A stretch of 64,000 nucleotides of DNA from Diadema antillarum (taxonomy: Eukaryota): the NCBI RefSeq assembly GCF_040938485.1, contig NW_027271282.1:62001-126000 (forward strand), written 5' to 3'. Below, in pieces: positions 47,176-61,969 of the stretch (position 1 is its first letter; the number at the start of each line of letters is the position of its first letter). The notes under the pieces are model-generated. The model was not told the origin of the DNA, made no database searches, and saw nothing but the letters and a program-made list of their open reading frames with translations. The position numbers were made by a program, and so were the translations under genes.

Positions 47176-48535
47176 TTTGATGAGATTCCTTGAAAATCCT
47201 GCGGAATGAAGATGAAAAGAATTTGATAGACCAGAGAGCAAATGATGCAATGATACAACACATTAAAAAGACAAACAACCATGACATATCATAAGCAAAG
47301 CAACAAAATGTACAGCGAAGAAAAAAATCATTGATTTCTGTTTGCATGTCTTGGTAAAGAAGAATTGGTATCTAGAATTAGAAAACATTACTGTTTATAA
47401 GAAAATGTCAGTATTCACGGTCTTCGGTATAATTATGCTTCTACTCACAAGTATCACTGTGTGAAGACAAGAAGTAAAAAATGAGTTAAGGCTTTACAGA
47501 GATACTCGTCTATACCGTTTAATTCGAAGCTGGTTTTAATCATTATAGTTCGCCATCAGCGGGCAACCAAACTTCCTTGTTTTTATTGAGTCACTGATAG
47601 GTAGATGCATTGAAAAGGGACAACTCACATGATGACATAACCAAGATTCATCCGCGTAATGTGATAAGTCATATATGGTCTATTGCTCTTTAATCTCACA
47701 TGGTTTCCTCCCCGCACTTTGTTCCTTTGTTTTACTTCAGTTCAATCTAACTCATTTGAACTACCATCTTATAATTTTACTGAAGCTTTCAAATTTGGAT
47801 TTCACATCTGTGTTCGAACATAATTATTGATATTTATTATAAACAAGCTAACTTGCAGGAAAAAATATTTCGACAAATATATATATATACTTATATATAC
47901 ATATATACTTATATATACATATTATATATTATATACTTCTTTGCAACCCTTTCATCACATTATTCCTTACTGATAAAGCCTACTTAAGATCTAATTTGTA
48001 TTCTGCCATTGATCGACAAAACAGTTCTCATCAAAGTCACTTGAAGGTGTTCAGTGCTAATGATATTTAGAGATTTAAAATGAAATGAATAGAATCAAAC
48101 TTAAAAGCAAAAATGAAAATTAGAGCTTTGAAATAGGAAAGTTCAATTAGTTTTTAGCATTGTGTGTAGTAAGAAAATTATCATACTCTTAACAACTGAA
48201 CTTTTAATGGAGTTTCACGTTTTAAATTGCATGGCTCTATTAATCCTATCCAGCATATAAGTTATTAAGTATGAAATGAATACAACATCATATCTAACGA
48301 CTGAAAAAATATATATTCAATTACTTCCTAAAGAGATAGTCATTGATACTTATGCGTTTGATACAAGGCATAAGGTACAAAGCTATTTGCATATTGATAG
48401 GCCTATGCGTATTTCGCAAGGACATAAAATAATCTTTCAATTAAAATGAACATTTTGATTCAGCAAAATAATATGGCAAAGAAAATAGATTGAGAAGAGT
48501 GCTAAAGTGAAAACTGCAAGAGTTAAGGGAGTCAT

Positions 48536-49028
48536 TTCACAAGAATTTAACCAAAAAAATGGTGTTGAAATGTCTTACTTGTGAGAATAGACGAATTATA
48601 ATTCAAAGTGAGGAAGAAGGCAGTGCCAGCCGTTATTGGTTTGTGTAGCATCAGCGTAAAGCTACACTTGTTATTAGATATTCACCATCAACTCTATCGA
48701 TGCAAAGTCTGTTCTTGTTTTCACTGCCTGGCAAATTACCGGTTTCTATTGACTTGCCCTACAAGTCCGTAGCCAAATATTTCACAAGAATTTAACAAAA
48801 AATGGTGTTGAAATGTCTTACTTGTGAGAATAGACGAATTATAATCAAAAGTGGGGAAGAAGGCAGTGCCAGCCATTATTGGTTTGTGTACCATCAGCGT
48901 AAAGCTACACTTGTTATTAGATATTCACCATCAACTCTATCAATGCAAAGTCTGTTCTTGTTTTCACTGCCTGGCAAATTACCGGTTTCTGTTGACGTAT
49001 GTCATCCTACAAGTCCGTAGCCAAATAT
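48536..49028. repeat. Tandem duplication of ~245 bp in the 3' flank of C
   Basis: ttcacaagaattt at 48536 and 48781; single copy in the B flank at ~33365-33610. Confidence 0.85.
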
Positions 49029-49158
49029 TCTCACTGTACTTCCTCTATTGACAATTCATGATACATAGCGGTACACACGGTGAATGTGTACATACACTAA
49101 TTGTACGTTTTAAACTTTACTGTCAGATACAATATCATCTCACGCATCCCTACGTATG

Positions 49159-49211
<53 letters not shown>

Positions 49212-52198
49212 TAATACAAATATAGAATTTAGTTTTATTTAGTTTGGTATACGTCATGTCATCTAATTTCGTTATTGATTTCTATGTTTTGAATTGTATT
49301 GTGTTGTTGTCGTGAAATATGGGAAAAGCTGTCAATGAGACTGTGAGTTAAAATTTCAAGTATCGTTCGTCATTGTTTTCTAACAGTTGTGTGATAGTAA
49401 TGCTGAAGTTGGAGATATATATATGTCAAACTCCTTTTGACACCTGGGGGCATTTCATGAAGAGTTTTGGTCCGATATGTTTTCTGACAAACTGTTACAA
49501 GCTACGGAAATCCTTTCACCTGATTGGTTGAGAGCAAATTTGTCCGACAACTTTGTCGGACAAAATGCTTCATGAAATGCCCCCAAGAATTTTCCCAAGG
49601 AAATGAAATATTTGAAATTGCATCAGATTCTCAAGACAACGAGGTGAATTTCTTTCCATTGGATTTAGGTGGCTGTTCGTTGAAGACAGCTGAATGAACA
49701 TGCCTTTTACATTGTACACATTTTTTATGTCAGCATGGTCAGAGAGAAAAAAAAAATAAAGTTGTTTGTTTTGTTTTGTTTTGTTTTGTTTTTAATGATG
49801 ATAATGATGCTGTATATGTCGGTCATACTTGCAAGGCGGGTCTTTCTGCTCAAACTTCGCTCAGAAAAGTAGGACCTAATATTTTTTAAGCACGACAGTG
49901 AAAGTCAAGAAAGTTTTTTTTTTTGTGATGTAATATGACAACTATATTTTGGTAGATTCAATTTTGCAGGGATGTAGAATAAGAATTTACGCTTATACAT
50001 AAAGACAGAGAAACAAGAAATTTATACCTTTATATAATGTAAGAAGTTTTTCATTTTGAAATGAAAGGAACTTTCAAAAGAAAAGTATTAGCGTCAGTAC
50101 TTGGCGGAGAAATCTGAATACTCTTCGTTGTATCCAGTCTATTGTTTGGAAATGAACTAAAAGTGAAACTGGATCGGTCAAGTCTAGTCACTTTGTTATT
50201 TGTAAACACTACCCAACTCAGTGGGAGAAAAGTTGGTCACGATCTACCTGTATTTACCTACGAATGGATCGATGTGTATAAATTTCTCAATGAGTTTGTA
50301 TACGTCTTTTACATGAGTACATGAGTAAATATGTGTATTCGTTTTATTCAACTTCTACACTCCTATCAATGAATGTACGCACAAGTGCATTCGAAGTTGT
50401 CATGGTTATGCACATTGAATAATGACACATGTACATACGGGAATAGTCTCATATCGCACGTGTACATACAATACACTCATAACTACATACATACAATCAT
50501 ATGTTATACATCCTTTCGCACATCCTGACATACAATGTACACATAAACGGTTCACGAAAATAGAAAAAAAAAGGACTCAAATCAAACATATTATAATTCA
50601 TTCAGGTAAGAAAGCAGAAAAGTGTTGATACACGTGATTGTCAATCTTCAAAAGAAGTCTTTGCGGCATGATTTCTTTTTACTATGACAATAAGATAATC
50701 CTATAGCATTGAGGCAAAATCATAACCACTCCTTTTATTTCAATTTTAATTACACTCAATGTCCATCAAACAAAAACCACACACGCCTAAACAGGATATG
50801 TTTTGATCCAATGCTCTAGTAAAGTTTTAAAAGTCCATTTTAGACCTGTCAATCACAATGTGAAGGTTTCACGTAATTTTTCTTATAAGTCAATGACTGA
50901 ACGTCTCTTCCTTCAGCAATGAATTAGGTTCAGCTGAATTACGGTCTTACTCCAAAGAGCAGGCAAAATGCAAAGACTCTTTCTCATAAACACACTTGTT
51001 GTTATCAGTAGTTATTACCCATTAAGTCCACATACATTCAGCTTAATTTCTACATGTAAAGATTGTTTTTTTGTAGAAATAATAAATTATCGTTTTCATT
51101 CACAACTTAATTTCCATTTAAAGTGCACACCTTGATGTGATAGTCTCATATTCCTCTTCGTGCGATTTGCAAAGCTTCGCAACTAATAAAAAAGTGGCTA
51201 TATTTATATGAGTAACAAGTCACTTTGGTATGAAAGAAATACAGCGTTATGATTTTTAGACATAAGAGATTAACGCCCACATTCAATATTATTCACTGCA
51301 TAAATTCTACCTGTATACTGGCATGAGAAGTATATACATTATGGCTACATTTTCCCGTCTTTCAAATGTTTCAATATCCATGTTTATAGATGAATGAAAT
51401 GGAACACCTATGTACAATGTACTCAAATACTGTATACTGTCACATCCGTCAGTTGGATGGTTGTCTTTGTGGGCCGAAATGATACATCTTTGAATATCAT
51501 CCGATGATTTAATTTTTTACTCCATCTATAGGAAACATATCAAAAAGACAGAAGAGTGATGATTTCAATATTAGTACAAGAGATAAATACAGTCATTTAA
51601 GATATAAAAGTTCTCATGTATAGACATACAGGTAACATACAGCGAATAAGTTCGTTTGTATTCATAACTTCATCAGTAAACCATTCAAAGTATAACTGTA
51701 TAAAATCTAAATGAAATAGAGTATTCATTTCTTCTAAATTAGCTTTATGAGGAATCGTTGTTTAACACTCACGGGGCCACTTGGTATTGTTGTTTCCATA
51801 GTACAAACCGTTCACATAAAGACTCATTTATTTCAATTAAGATCCCTCTAGCAAGTTGATTAAATAAAGTTTTCAAACCACAAACCTGTCCTTTTTAAGC
51901 TATGCTTTAAATTATTTCAATGTAACTATACTGATCAGCATTAAAAGAGATCTGAACAAGGATGGCAAAGAACCGAAGGGGAAGATAGAGACGATGATTC
52001 CAACAACGAATAAGGGTAGATAGAAGAAGGAGAATAGGGGAAGGAGGAGAAGAGTATGAAAACAAAAATGTACAATGAGTAAAGAGAATTCGTAACATTT
52101 GAAAGGGAAGTAAGAGGCAGGATGAAACAAAAAAAAAGTTGTTTTAGAAGAAACTAGAACAGGAAGTAGAAAAAGAAGATCGAAAAGACTCTACCTCT

Positions 52199-52335
52199 TC
52201 AGAAGATGGTATTTTTTCTCTTATTCATCACCACAGTCGCACAGGTCATCATCGATATGAGCAACACGACTACGAGCAGGGCGTACGTGGTCGATGGCTG
52301 CTGAAGAACTCCTCGACGGAGACCAGCAATTGGAC
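52199..52335 (-). CDS. Paralog C terminal TM exon (...VVMNKRKNTIF*)
   Basis: ttcacag acceptor; ORF 52199..52381. Confidence 0.85.
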
Positions 52336-52553
52336 CTGTGAAAAAAAGAAAAAAAAAACCCATTCTTTTCAGATAGAGCACAGTTAAAAAAATACATCGA
52401 AGGTTTAAACAACCACGGACCAGACTATGATGCCATATACATTACCATCATTAACTTTTCCAATGTTCATGTATTGCCATTTCGAGTACAGTCATTTGTA
52501 TAAACGTATTCAATGTGATAAGCGTGATGAAACGTACGTCAAGTCGGCAGCTG

Positions 52554-53030
52554 TTAAAGGGACATTCCAGACGATTTTCATAATTTCATATCATGTAGTA
52601 CATAAATCGACAACTCCATGTATAGATTTGTGGAATTCATTGTGGTTCTTGAGCAGAGAAACAATACTTTGAAGAAAAAAAAACTTAAACAAATAATTAC
52701 ACTGAACGAGGATGATGACATAGGAGGTTCACATATTTCAGAAATGTAGCAGTGTTATTGCATTAAAATACCGCTTGCTTGCAAGTTATCCTGTGTATAA
52801 TCTATGCATGCCTTCTTCTTTTGTTCTGCTTCCTTGATCCCCAACTCATTCATTCTTTATGGTGACTCTGCCATGTCATCATCCTTGTTCATTGCAATTT
52901 GTTCTAAATTTTGAAAATATCCTTATTCCTCATCCCAATTATCACAAATTCTGAAACTCTGTCCTCAGTAAAACTAATTTATAGTTGTTCAAATGTAAAA
53001 ATCTGAAAACCATCCGGAGGTCTCCTTTAA
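52554..53030. mobile_element. TTAA-TSD MITE (Kolobok-like), specific to C
   Basis: ttaa|agggacattccagacg...catccggaggtctcct|ttaa; empty TTAA in A at 675-678. Confidence 0.8.
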
Positions 53031-53236
53031 AGATTATGTTTGCCTGGTCATTTAGGAGTGTATGAGTTCAAATTTGAATATAATTAGAAAGAAGCAATAC
53101 AAAAGCACCATGTAGCAAGCAGTGACGAAGGTATCATTCATGCTACACAGTATTTCACAGTGCACTTTTTTTTACGCTTGCTCTAATAACGTCGAAAGAA
53201 GCGAGGGAAATCGCTATACAAAGTAGATAGTAATAC

Positions 53237-53536
53237 CTTTCTCCGACCCGAAAGTCGGACAATGCTCGAGACTTGAGAAGGTCCAACCAATCCCGTTCGT
53301 CCCCGAGCACGTGACATTGACGCATCCGTCGTGTGGGCGTGGTCTGAAGAGAGCTGATGCGCAACTAGACGTGGAGAGCGTGGCGTTGTCGACTTCGATG
53401 GTGTATGTGTGAAGGTGTGGGAACGGCTGGTCATCAAGACTAACGTGACACGTTATGACGAGAATGACCTGACCGCCTTCTCCAGTGATCTCCTGGGTCT
53501 CGATGGAGAGAATGTTACTCGCTGGTGGCGCTTGCC
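53237..53536 (-). CDS. Paralog C exon Y2
   Basis: 300 nt, phase 1-1; ORF 53214..53555. Confidence 0.85.
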
Positions 53537-54133
53537 CTAAAAACCAAACAAACATGAAATCAATGTGGGCAGCGGCATCTGGAATTCTTTGAAGCTTTCA
53601 AACTTGCTTGTGTTGATGGGCAATGGGAAGACTGCCCAGAATTGATGTGACAAGGGCATTGACCATGCATTTGTGGGTTCATTGACGAAACATGCCATTT
53701 TGCTGTTGGGTTAGAGATAATAACACATTGTACTTTTAGTGTCACATTGTACTTTACTTTGTTTACATGCGATATATTGTATACTTTCGTCGGAAATGAA
53801 ATAAATGAAATGAAATGAAATAAGAACTTCTGGTAAATTAATTTCAACAATTCGATTTCTTTCAACTAATGGCATAAAAGTCTTCTAAAGCGGAGTACAA
53901 TAGAAGTTGATTATTATCATCTAAATTTTTGGGGGAGGAATTAAAATTAACATTAGAATTTAGAGATGAGGGTACTTGATGTAGTAATCTTGATTACAGG
54001 CAAAAAAAAAAATGTTAATAGAGATGCATGTATTTGGAATAAGGAATTGGCAGAACATATATCGCCGATATTAATTGCATAGAAATTCATTCCATTTTTT
54101 AAGTCCTTGTTCCTCTACGCACAAGATATTCAC

Positions 54134-54412
54134 CTGCTCTTTCCGGGCAGTAATTCTCCGTGGAAACAGTCTTTCCGTATCGATTTATACCGGTACACGA
54201 TATAGCGATACATCTGTTTGGGCGATCTTCCATCATTGTCGAAGATGTGTTGGCTCTTGATAGAATGTCTCCATCAGCAGCGATTTCAAACACACTGATC
54301 GGTGGAAACGGTTGATCGCTCGGATCTACTTGACACGAGATATTAAGATTTGTCCTCCAGTCATCCTCGTCTTCCTCGAACTTGATAGAGATGATGTTAA
54401 GGGCAGGTGGGT
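54134..54412 (-). CDS. Paralog C exon X2
   Basis: 279 nt; G|gtgaat donor; ORF 54099..54455. Confidence 0.85.
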
Positions 54413-56497
54413 CTGACAACAAAAAGATACAAAAAACAACAACATGGAAGTACACATGAAAACATGACAGGGGAAAGGCAACACTTTGTCAAGACTTAAT
54501 CTTAAATAAATTAAAGGTCCTGTTTACCTTTGGGAGCAGTGATTTAAAGAAAGTTCAAGATATCACATTTGATGCGTATGTGCAGGTCTGTACTATTAAA
54601 AATATCTTACCATGTAAAATTATCGCAATAAAGCTTAAATATAAGAAGATATCAGTGTATTTCTCAATAAACCGTAACTGTAGACGGTTTAGTCTGGAAA
54701 CATTTTTATTATAACTATTGTTCACGTTTTAGTATTTAACAACACTCAACATCGATCATAGCGATTCAAATTTTTACAGTGGTTGTTTCTATCCCTAACT
54801 CACATTTTAGAACTATTCGAAAGCACTAATGCCGGGTTTTGTTTCATCTGCAAATGGTAAATTATGCCTTTGATACAAAAATTAATATTGAAAAACACTG
54901 GTGTGAAGGAAGAGGTTTTTCTCCATTGAAACCAAGGCTCATTGGAATAATTTCATATTCTATTGGTATCTTAATGAATATAACAATAGTAACTTTAACA
55001 TAAAAACACAGAAATGTATAACTGTAACAACAGTGTTGTGATAATGATAAAGGCTGATGATAACAACAATAGTAATATCTTGTAAAATAAAGCAAAAGGG
55101 CATTGACTTCGATTGCAAAATATAATTATTCAGAGAAGAAAAGTCTGCTCTGATTTAATCGTGAAAAGCCCACTGTGTTGTCAGCGGTCTACTTAAATGG
55201 GACAGTGCACTCCCATTACAACGAACACGGTTATAACGAAATTTCGTTTCAGCAAAGTAAGAATTCAGGTCCAAAAATTATCATCATTAAAGGCTATGGT
55301 GCAAAATTATTCGCTTATAACGGATACAGTTATAACGAAATTTTCGTCATAACAAAGTCGTTTTCAAGCTCCATTGACAAAGAAAGTCAAAAGAAATGTG
55401 TCCCATTAAAACGAAATGCATATCGCTTACGAAATTACACATCGTATTTGCATGAACAAACGCTTCACATTTCAGTGTTCTTAAGTAGAAATCACTCTCT
55501 TCGTTCGCTCGCAATTTCACACTCCGTTACTGAGGAGAACGTGCGTTATGACATTTTAATCCGAAATGAAATAAGGTTCGTTATTCCTAAGGTTCACGAA
55601 TTCCGTACACCTAAATGACCGTAAATGCGACAATGAAATTGTTTGTTATTTCTAAGTTTTGCTGATCAAAGAATGATATAGGAACCTTCGTTATTAGTAC
55701 TGTTCGCTAATCGGAGAAGGAAATAAGGTTCGTTAATCCGAAAGTGAACAAAAAGGTGAGTATACTAGCATGCCTTCGGAATGACAAAACTTATCGCATT
55801 CAGATTAATGAAAATTCGGAATAACGAACTATTTCTTATCGTAAGATAAACGAACCTCTGGAATAACCAGCCGTCTTTCACTGCTGGATTAACGAGCCTT
55901 CGGGATAATGAATCTTGGGGATAGTGAACCTTCGGAATAATGAGCCTTCGAAATGAGGAGCCCTCGGAATAACGAACCTTTGGAATCACTGTAACCAAAT
56001 CCCATAAATCTCCACTTTTCATACATGTGTTCATAACATAAGCATGAAAATACATACAACTTTATGTTCTCTCTTAAAGGGAACATTTGATCGAAATTAA
56101 TGAGATAGCATGGCATTTAACATTGCTTTTCAAAGTATGATGCGTATCCACCAAACAACGTACAATACACGGAGGGCTCGCGTGTTTTCGTCACACTCCT
56201 GTATTTGTTCGATTATAACGAATTTACGATATAACGACAGAAAACTGCCGGTCCCGAGGACGTCGTTATAACGGGATTGTACTGCATTCCATCATTATTA
56301 CGCTATTGCCAATAAGAAATCTCGCAGGAACAGAGCACATCTAGAACATGATATTCTACAGGTTAATTTTTATCGTCTGTGCTCTCATATCCTTTACTGA
56401 AGATAGACTCCCTTTCTTACGGATATAGAATAATATCATTAAGAAAAAAAATGAAGAAAGGGACTTAGAAGGATCTAATAAGTTTCTCAAGGATTAC

Positions 56498-56788
56498 CTT
56501 TCGGACAGTGTGTTGCCCTCGCAGAGGTGATCCCAACGCCGTTAGTCGCTGAACACGTGACGTTGACACACCTGTTTGGTCGTGGCCTGTGGACGGCCGA
56601 AGCCCAGCTAGTTGTAGACAGGACGGTCCCATCAACTCCAATCGTGTAAGAATAGAGGTACGGGTAAGGCTGTTCGGTCAGGTTTGCTCGGCACAGTATT
56701 AGCAGATTCATCAGGCGATCTTTGGTTTGGAATTCCAGGGTTTCGATGGACAAAATGTCAGCTCCTGGAGGATGGCCGCTGGCTCCTC
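56498..56788 (-). CDS. Paralog C exon Y1
   Basis: 291 nt; ORF 56487..56831. Confidence 0.85.
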
Positions 56789-57229
56789 CTGAGATTGACA
56801 GGTTGATGAGCGAGTTAAGACGTGGTGACATTATATATTAGGGTGAGGCTCATCATGAGAGCTTTTCTCGTTAAAAGAGTAAAACCTGTAATATCAGTGA
56901 TATTCCCTTTAATAGTAATGTCATATAGGAAATTCTTAAAAAGTAGTCATGCATGTTATATCGGCCATTATCGTAAGAATTGAAAATACTACAATTTATA
57001 TAAGTTCAGATATAAAAGCTCTTTATGTAGACGGATAAAGCTTGACAAATGAGTTTGTATGTTGCAAATATTTTTTTCATAAATTTACTGAAACAATGAT
57101 GCGGATTTGAAGTGAAACTGAATGTTTCTTGTAATAGTAATCACATGTCAGTTGGTATCAATCAGCACGGAAAGCTTCAACCCTTTAATAAAGGGTTAAA
57201 GCACCGTCATAATACGTGCTTTAAGAATA

Positions 57230-57796
57230 TTAAAGGACAAGTCCACCTTCATATACATAAGGATTGAGAGAATGCAGCAATATTAGTAGAACACATCAGT
57301 GAAAGTTTGAGGAAAATTGGACAATCCGTTCAAAAGTTACGAACATTTTAAGTATCTGCGCAGGCACTGCTGGAGGAGAAGACTACTACAGTGTGTGATG
57401 TCACATGCGTACAACTATATAAGGAAAATAAAAAGAGAATTTCACAAAGCTTTACTTTTTGAATAAAGTGCAAATTTCTTCGACTTGCTAATGACGTATG
57501 TTAAGGGTAATATTATTCCCCCTGCCTTCTGAAAGAGAGAAGTCGAGTGTTCTTTTATTTTGCGAGAAAAATGGAAATATGTTGAATTTTCTTTATTCTT
57601 TCCTTATATCGTTGTACTCATGTGACATCATGAGCTATACTAGTCTTTTCATCCAGCCGTGACAGAGCAGAAACTTCAAAAATTCATAACTTCTTAACAG
57701 ATTGTCCAATTCTCCTCAAACTCTCACTGATGTGTTCTACTAATATTGCTGCATTCACTCAACCCACATGTCTATGAGGGTGAACTTGTCCTTTAA
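57230..57796. mobile_element. TTAA-TSD MITE (same family as 27952-28519), specific to C
   Basis: ttaaaggacaagtccacc...gtgaacttgtcctttaa; absent in A at ~5225. Confidence 0.88.
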
Positions 57797-57885
57797 TTGA
57801 CAGAGAAAAGCCCAAAGCGTTGCACACGTTCTTCAAAGTCCCATGGACATTATAAAGGGATAAACTTCACAAATTAACGTCTTAC

Positions 57886-58167
57886 CATCGCTTCTTGGAC
57901 AGTAGTTCTCTGTAGTGATCGTCCTACCGATGTCGTTGATACCGGTGCAGGAGATTTCAACGCATTCACTCGGAATGGACTCAAGGGTCACGGAAGGGGA
58001 GCCTGAAGATGGCTGGATGACGTCATCAATTGCAATCTCGTATGTTCCCATTGGTGGAAATGGCTGGTCACGTGGGTTGACGTGACACGTGATATTAAGG
58101 CCATCTGTTTCTTGTCCGTCCTCGTTGCCAGCGATCTTGATCCAGATGATATCGTCTGCTGGAGCGT
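57886..58167 (-). CDS. Paralog C exon X1
   Basis: 282 nt; ORF 57833..58195. Confidence 0.85.
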
Positions 58168-58418
58168 CTGTCACGTGACGAACGTTTATAGGCAACAGAA
58201 ATTTGTTCAGATTAAAAGATGGCGATCATGATGACGAAGAATTAAAAGATAAAGAGTTACAGATTAAAAGCAAAAGTCACAATCAATGATTAAATGGACA
58301 AAATCACTCTTGCTAATGTATTGCATTACGAAATTGAATCCTCTGCTGTGGGAATCGATCCCTTAAAACGAATTGAAAATGCTTTGAAGTGCTTACCCTG
58401 CATATGATACTGTGAAAG

Positions 58419-61400
58419 CAGTGGCGTATCTCGGGAAAACGGCGCCCGGGGAAAGCGCGAAAATTGCGCCCCTAATTTCTGAAAAAGTGTTCAACCCCAG
58501 CCCCATCCCGGTAGGGACTTAAAAAAAAAGTCCACATGATATGCTTTTTCAAGCACTTAAAAGGGGTCTTTTGAGAGTGTTTTAAAGCCCCCTCACACCT
58601 GAGCGAATGTAGGGGGACGAAGGGGGGACGAATGGGAAAAACGCACGAAATGCGCGCGAATTCAACGATTTCAAATAAAATTGCCTTCAAATCATCCGAT
58701 TATAAACTAAAGTCAAACATGATTAACGAACGGTAAGCGTAGGATAAACATGCGAATGATAACGATTTTTCGGTTCACTTCTTTGAGTAAATTGCGGCCG
58801 AAGGCGAGCGAAGGGTTGATATGACCCGATAAGACGAACGAACACTCATGAGCAATGGTTTGATATGGCGTGCGATTGGAAACGAAGACGAAAGAATAGA
58901 TCAGGCGTTCTCGTACGGGGAGCATAAAAGCGACCAGGTCCGTCCAGATTTCAGTGCGGCCAGAGAAATCATCCACGCAACATGAGAGGAAGAGGCAAAA
59001 GCAGAGGGAACGCACGAAAGACTGCGTCAACCGGGAAGAAATCCACAACCTCGGAATGCTCACAACCACAGACTGAAGTGCCGCCTCCTCCTGACAGTCC
59101 CGCAGAGTCACACTCACAGTCTGCCAGTCCATAGTCACGGTCTCCTACGCCCGCACGGTCTCCAACGCCGCCTCTACGCCAACATCAAGAGGATGCTGCC
59201 AGTAATGCCAGCGGTGATGATGAGGATAGAGATGGTCACAGAGAGCAGCTCAGCATTCGCCAATTTTTTCGTCAGGTCATTCGCTCGTATTCGTATCACT
59301 TTGCAATCCATAGTTTGTCATGGTATCTCTTAGACTTGCCTTCGTGTATGCATCGCTATTCAAATTTAGTAAAAGTCAATCTTGGTTTCCATTCGCATAG
59401 AAGATGGCAAGCGGAAAAAAAAACCGTTTGTCATAGTATCTTGGTTTCTATGCGCAAGTCATATTATTAGTCATCGGGTTGCTTCGTTTAGGGTTCTTTC
59501 GAGATCGTTCCACCTTGGCAAAAGCGCGATGAGGGACTATGCGTGACAATAGCACACGAACAATAAACGAACGATTACCGCACACTGAAAAAGAGATGCA
59601 AATTCAAGCAAATGACAGACGATTTTTCAATTCGTCGGGAAATTTCAAACATGTTCCAAAATCCAGTGCGAATTTGAATAATCGCAACTGTTCAGAAGGT
59701 GTACGAACCAAACACGAAGGGTAAATCTATCAAATACCATTGAAAACGATTTTTCAAAAAATGCCTATCGCCAGCCATAGCAAGTCATATTTCAGGCAAT
59801 TCGCTCAGGTGTGAGGAGCCTTAAGATGTAATAAAGTTTATTAAATTTTGGCGAGCGAGCGCAGCGAGCGAGCCGAAAATTTTTGTATTTCAGCTTACAA
59901 AAAACAAGGAAAATCTTGTCATTTTTTTTGGTTTTTAAATCTTACAATTCTAATCAAGATATAGCGACGGCCTTATAGATAACGATTTATACCAACAAAA
60001 TGCGGACTTGAAAAAATACTCTAAATTAGTACGAGCGAGTGAGCCGAAATTTGTATATTTCTGTGTAGGTAACATTGCACTTATCTCATAGTTCGTTGTA
60101 CTTGTAAATCATACAATGCTGGCACACTGTTATATGCAATGGCTTGCTCTGTATATAAAATAACAGATCATGCGACAACTGAATCCAAAAGCTTGCTAAA
60201 CTTACAAATCAGTGTGAGAATTTTCTGAATATGTTCGTATATAGGAAGTATGAGATTTTCTTCAATTGTATGGTTGATAATTCAAGTAATTATTAACATT
60301 ATGATATAGAGATGGCTGGATTTATGAATGGTGATAATATATACTGACAAACTTTAAAAAAAATGACAAAGCATAATAGTTAATGCAAACGAGCGCAGCG
60401 AGTGAGCTCCTTTTATTTTTCACTTAGGTTGCAAATAGTTATATCGTATAGCTCTCAATAATGATTATGGTGGCTAATTGATAAAAAGCATATATAAGTT
60501 GGAGAGAGGCATATATAAGTTCTAGAGAGTCAAAATTCTTGTATTATTGCAGAGGAAACGCATGGGGTTTTCTTCAGGACATGTATTTGGTTGTGAATCA
60601 CGTTTTTCCTATTCGTCACTGCTAAAACTGCGCCCTTGTACAGTATAAAACTTTTTTTGTGGTCACCGCAAGGCAACTACATAATGTACCTTACATTATT
60701 TTGGCAGAACTGCATAAAAAGTGGATAATCAAGCACCCTTAGTCGTCAAACATGAAACTTGCACTTTCAATTTCTCATACTTATGTGTGTCGCCCCATTG
60801 TGTCAAAAAGGGGTATTCAGCTATAAACATTGTGTATACTAATTTGTTGTTGTTCTTGTTGTTTTTAATGAGGAAATGTTTGTGATTACTTACTAGTATA
60901 CATAATTTTGAGGTATACATTGAATTTCTAATCAAGTAAACTGAAAAACTTAGAGGTTTTGTTTGTTTTTCTTTGTCATGCATTTATCTGTGATATTCAA
61001 TTTGTCATCATCATCTTACTTTTACACATACTCAAGTTTGCGTCAACTGAACACCTTTCTCTATAGACCCTTTATCTGCCTTTATCCATTTCTTACATCT
61101 TATCTTTTTGCTGATTATTCTCTCACTTCCATCCCTCCATCCTACCACCCCAACCCCCCTCTGCCCCCCCCCCCAATCGCTCTCTATACATATCTCCTTC
61201 AGAACGGCTCAACTTTTGATTTATTTCAGAACGACACCAAAAAGAACATGCGCATAATTTAACTTTTTCAAGTGGTGTTTTTTTTTTAATGAACACCGAT
61301 CTGCATTGTTACCCTGATACAATGCTTATTATTTCCATTATAAAATGATATGTGTGAACAACGTCAACAATAAACATTGTCATTTTGTCCGCGTAATTAT

Positions 61401-61969
61401 CATGTTTTGTTCTTATCTTGTTTGATTTGGTTTTCTGCACTCCCCCCCCCCCCCCCCCCCGCCAATGAAGAATGTGACGTCCGGGTGAGGGTTTATTTGT
61501 TTGTTTGTTTTTGTGCGTGTGTGTAAACAGCAATAAATGTGTGAACAATAAACACGGTCATTTTGTCCGCGTCATCATGATGTTTCGTTCTTATCTTGGT
61601 TGAGTTGGCTTTTCTGCACCCCCCCCCCATGTGCGAAACCGTTTGCGCCCTCTTTTGATCCAATCGGCGATCGCTTCAGAAAGAAAGCAGTTGCAGCCGC
61701 TGCACCGTGTAACATTTTGCCTGCTAGATATAAAATGATATGTGTGAACACAATAAACATTGTCATTTTGTCCGCGTCATCGTCACGTTTTGTTCTTATC
61801 TTGTTTGATTTGGTTTTCTGCCCCCCCCCCCCCCTCCATCCCCCCCCCCCCGGATCCGGGCGAGATGTTTTGATTTGTGGTTTTGTTTTGTTTTTTCGTT
61901 TTTGGCGCCCCCAAGGAGTGGCGCCCGGGACACTTGCCCCCCTTGCCCCCACCCCCAGATACGCCACTG
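58419..61969. mobile_element. 3.55 kb non-autonomous hAT-like element in an intron of C
   Basis: 13-bp TIR cagtggcgtatct / agatacgccactg; 8-bp TSD tgtgaaag / agtgaaag (7 of 8); three ~190-bp subterminal repeats at ~61350-61830. Confidence 0.8.
58586..59821. mobile_element. PIF/Harbinger-like element nested in the hAT element
   Basis: TIR agccccctcacacctgagcgaat / attcgctcaggtgtgaggagcct; TAA TSD at 58583-58585 and 59822-59824. Confidence 0.75.
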
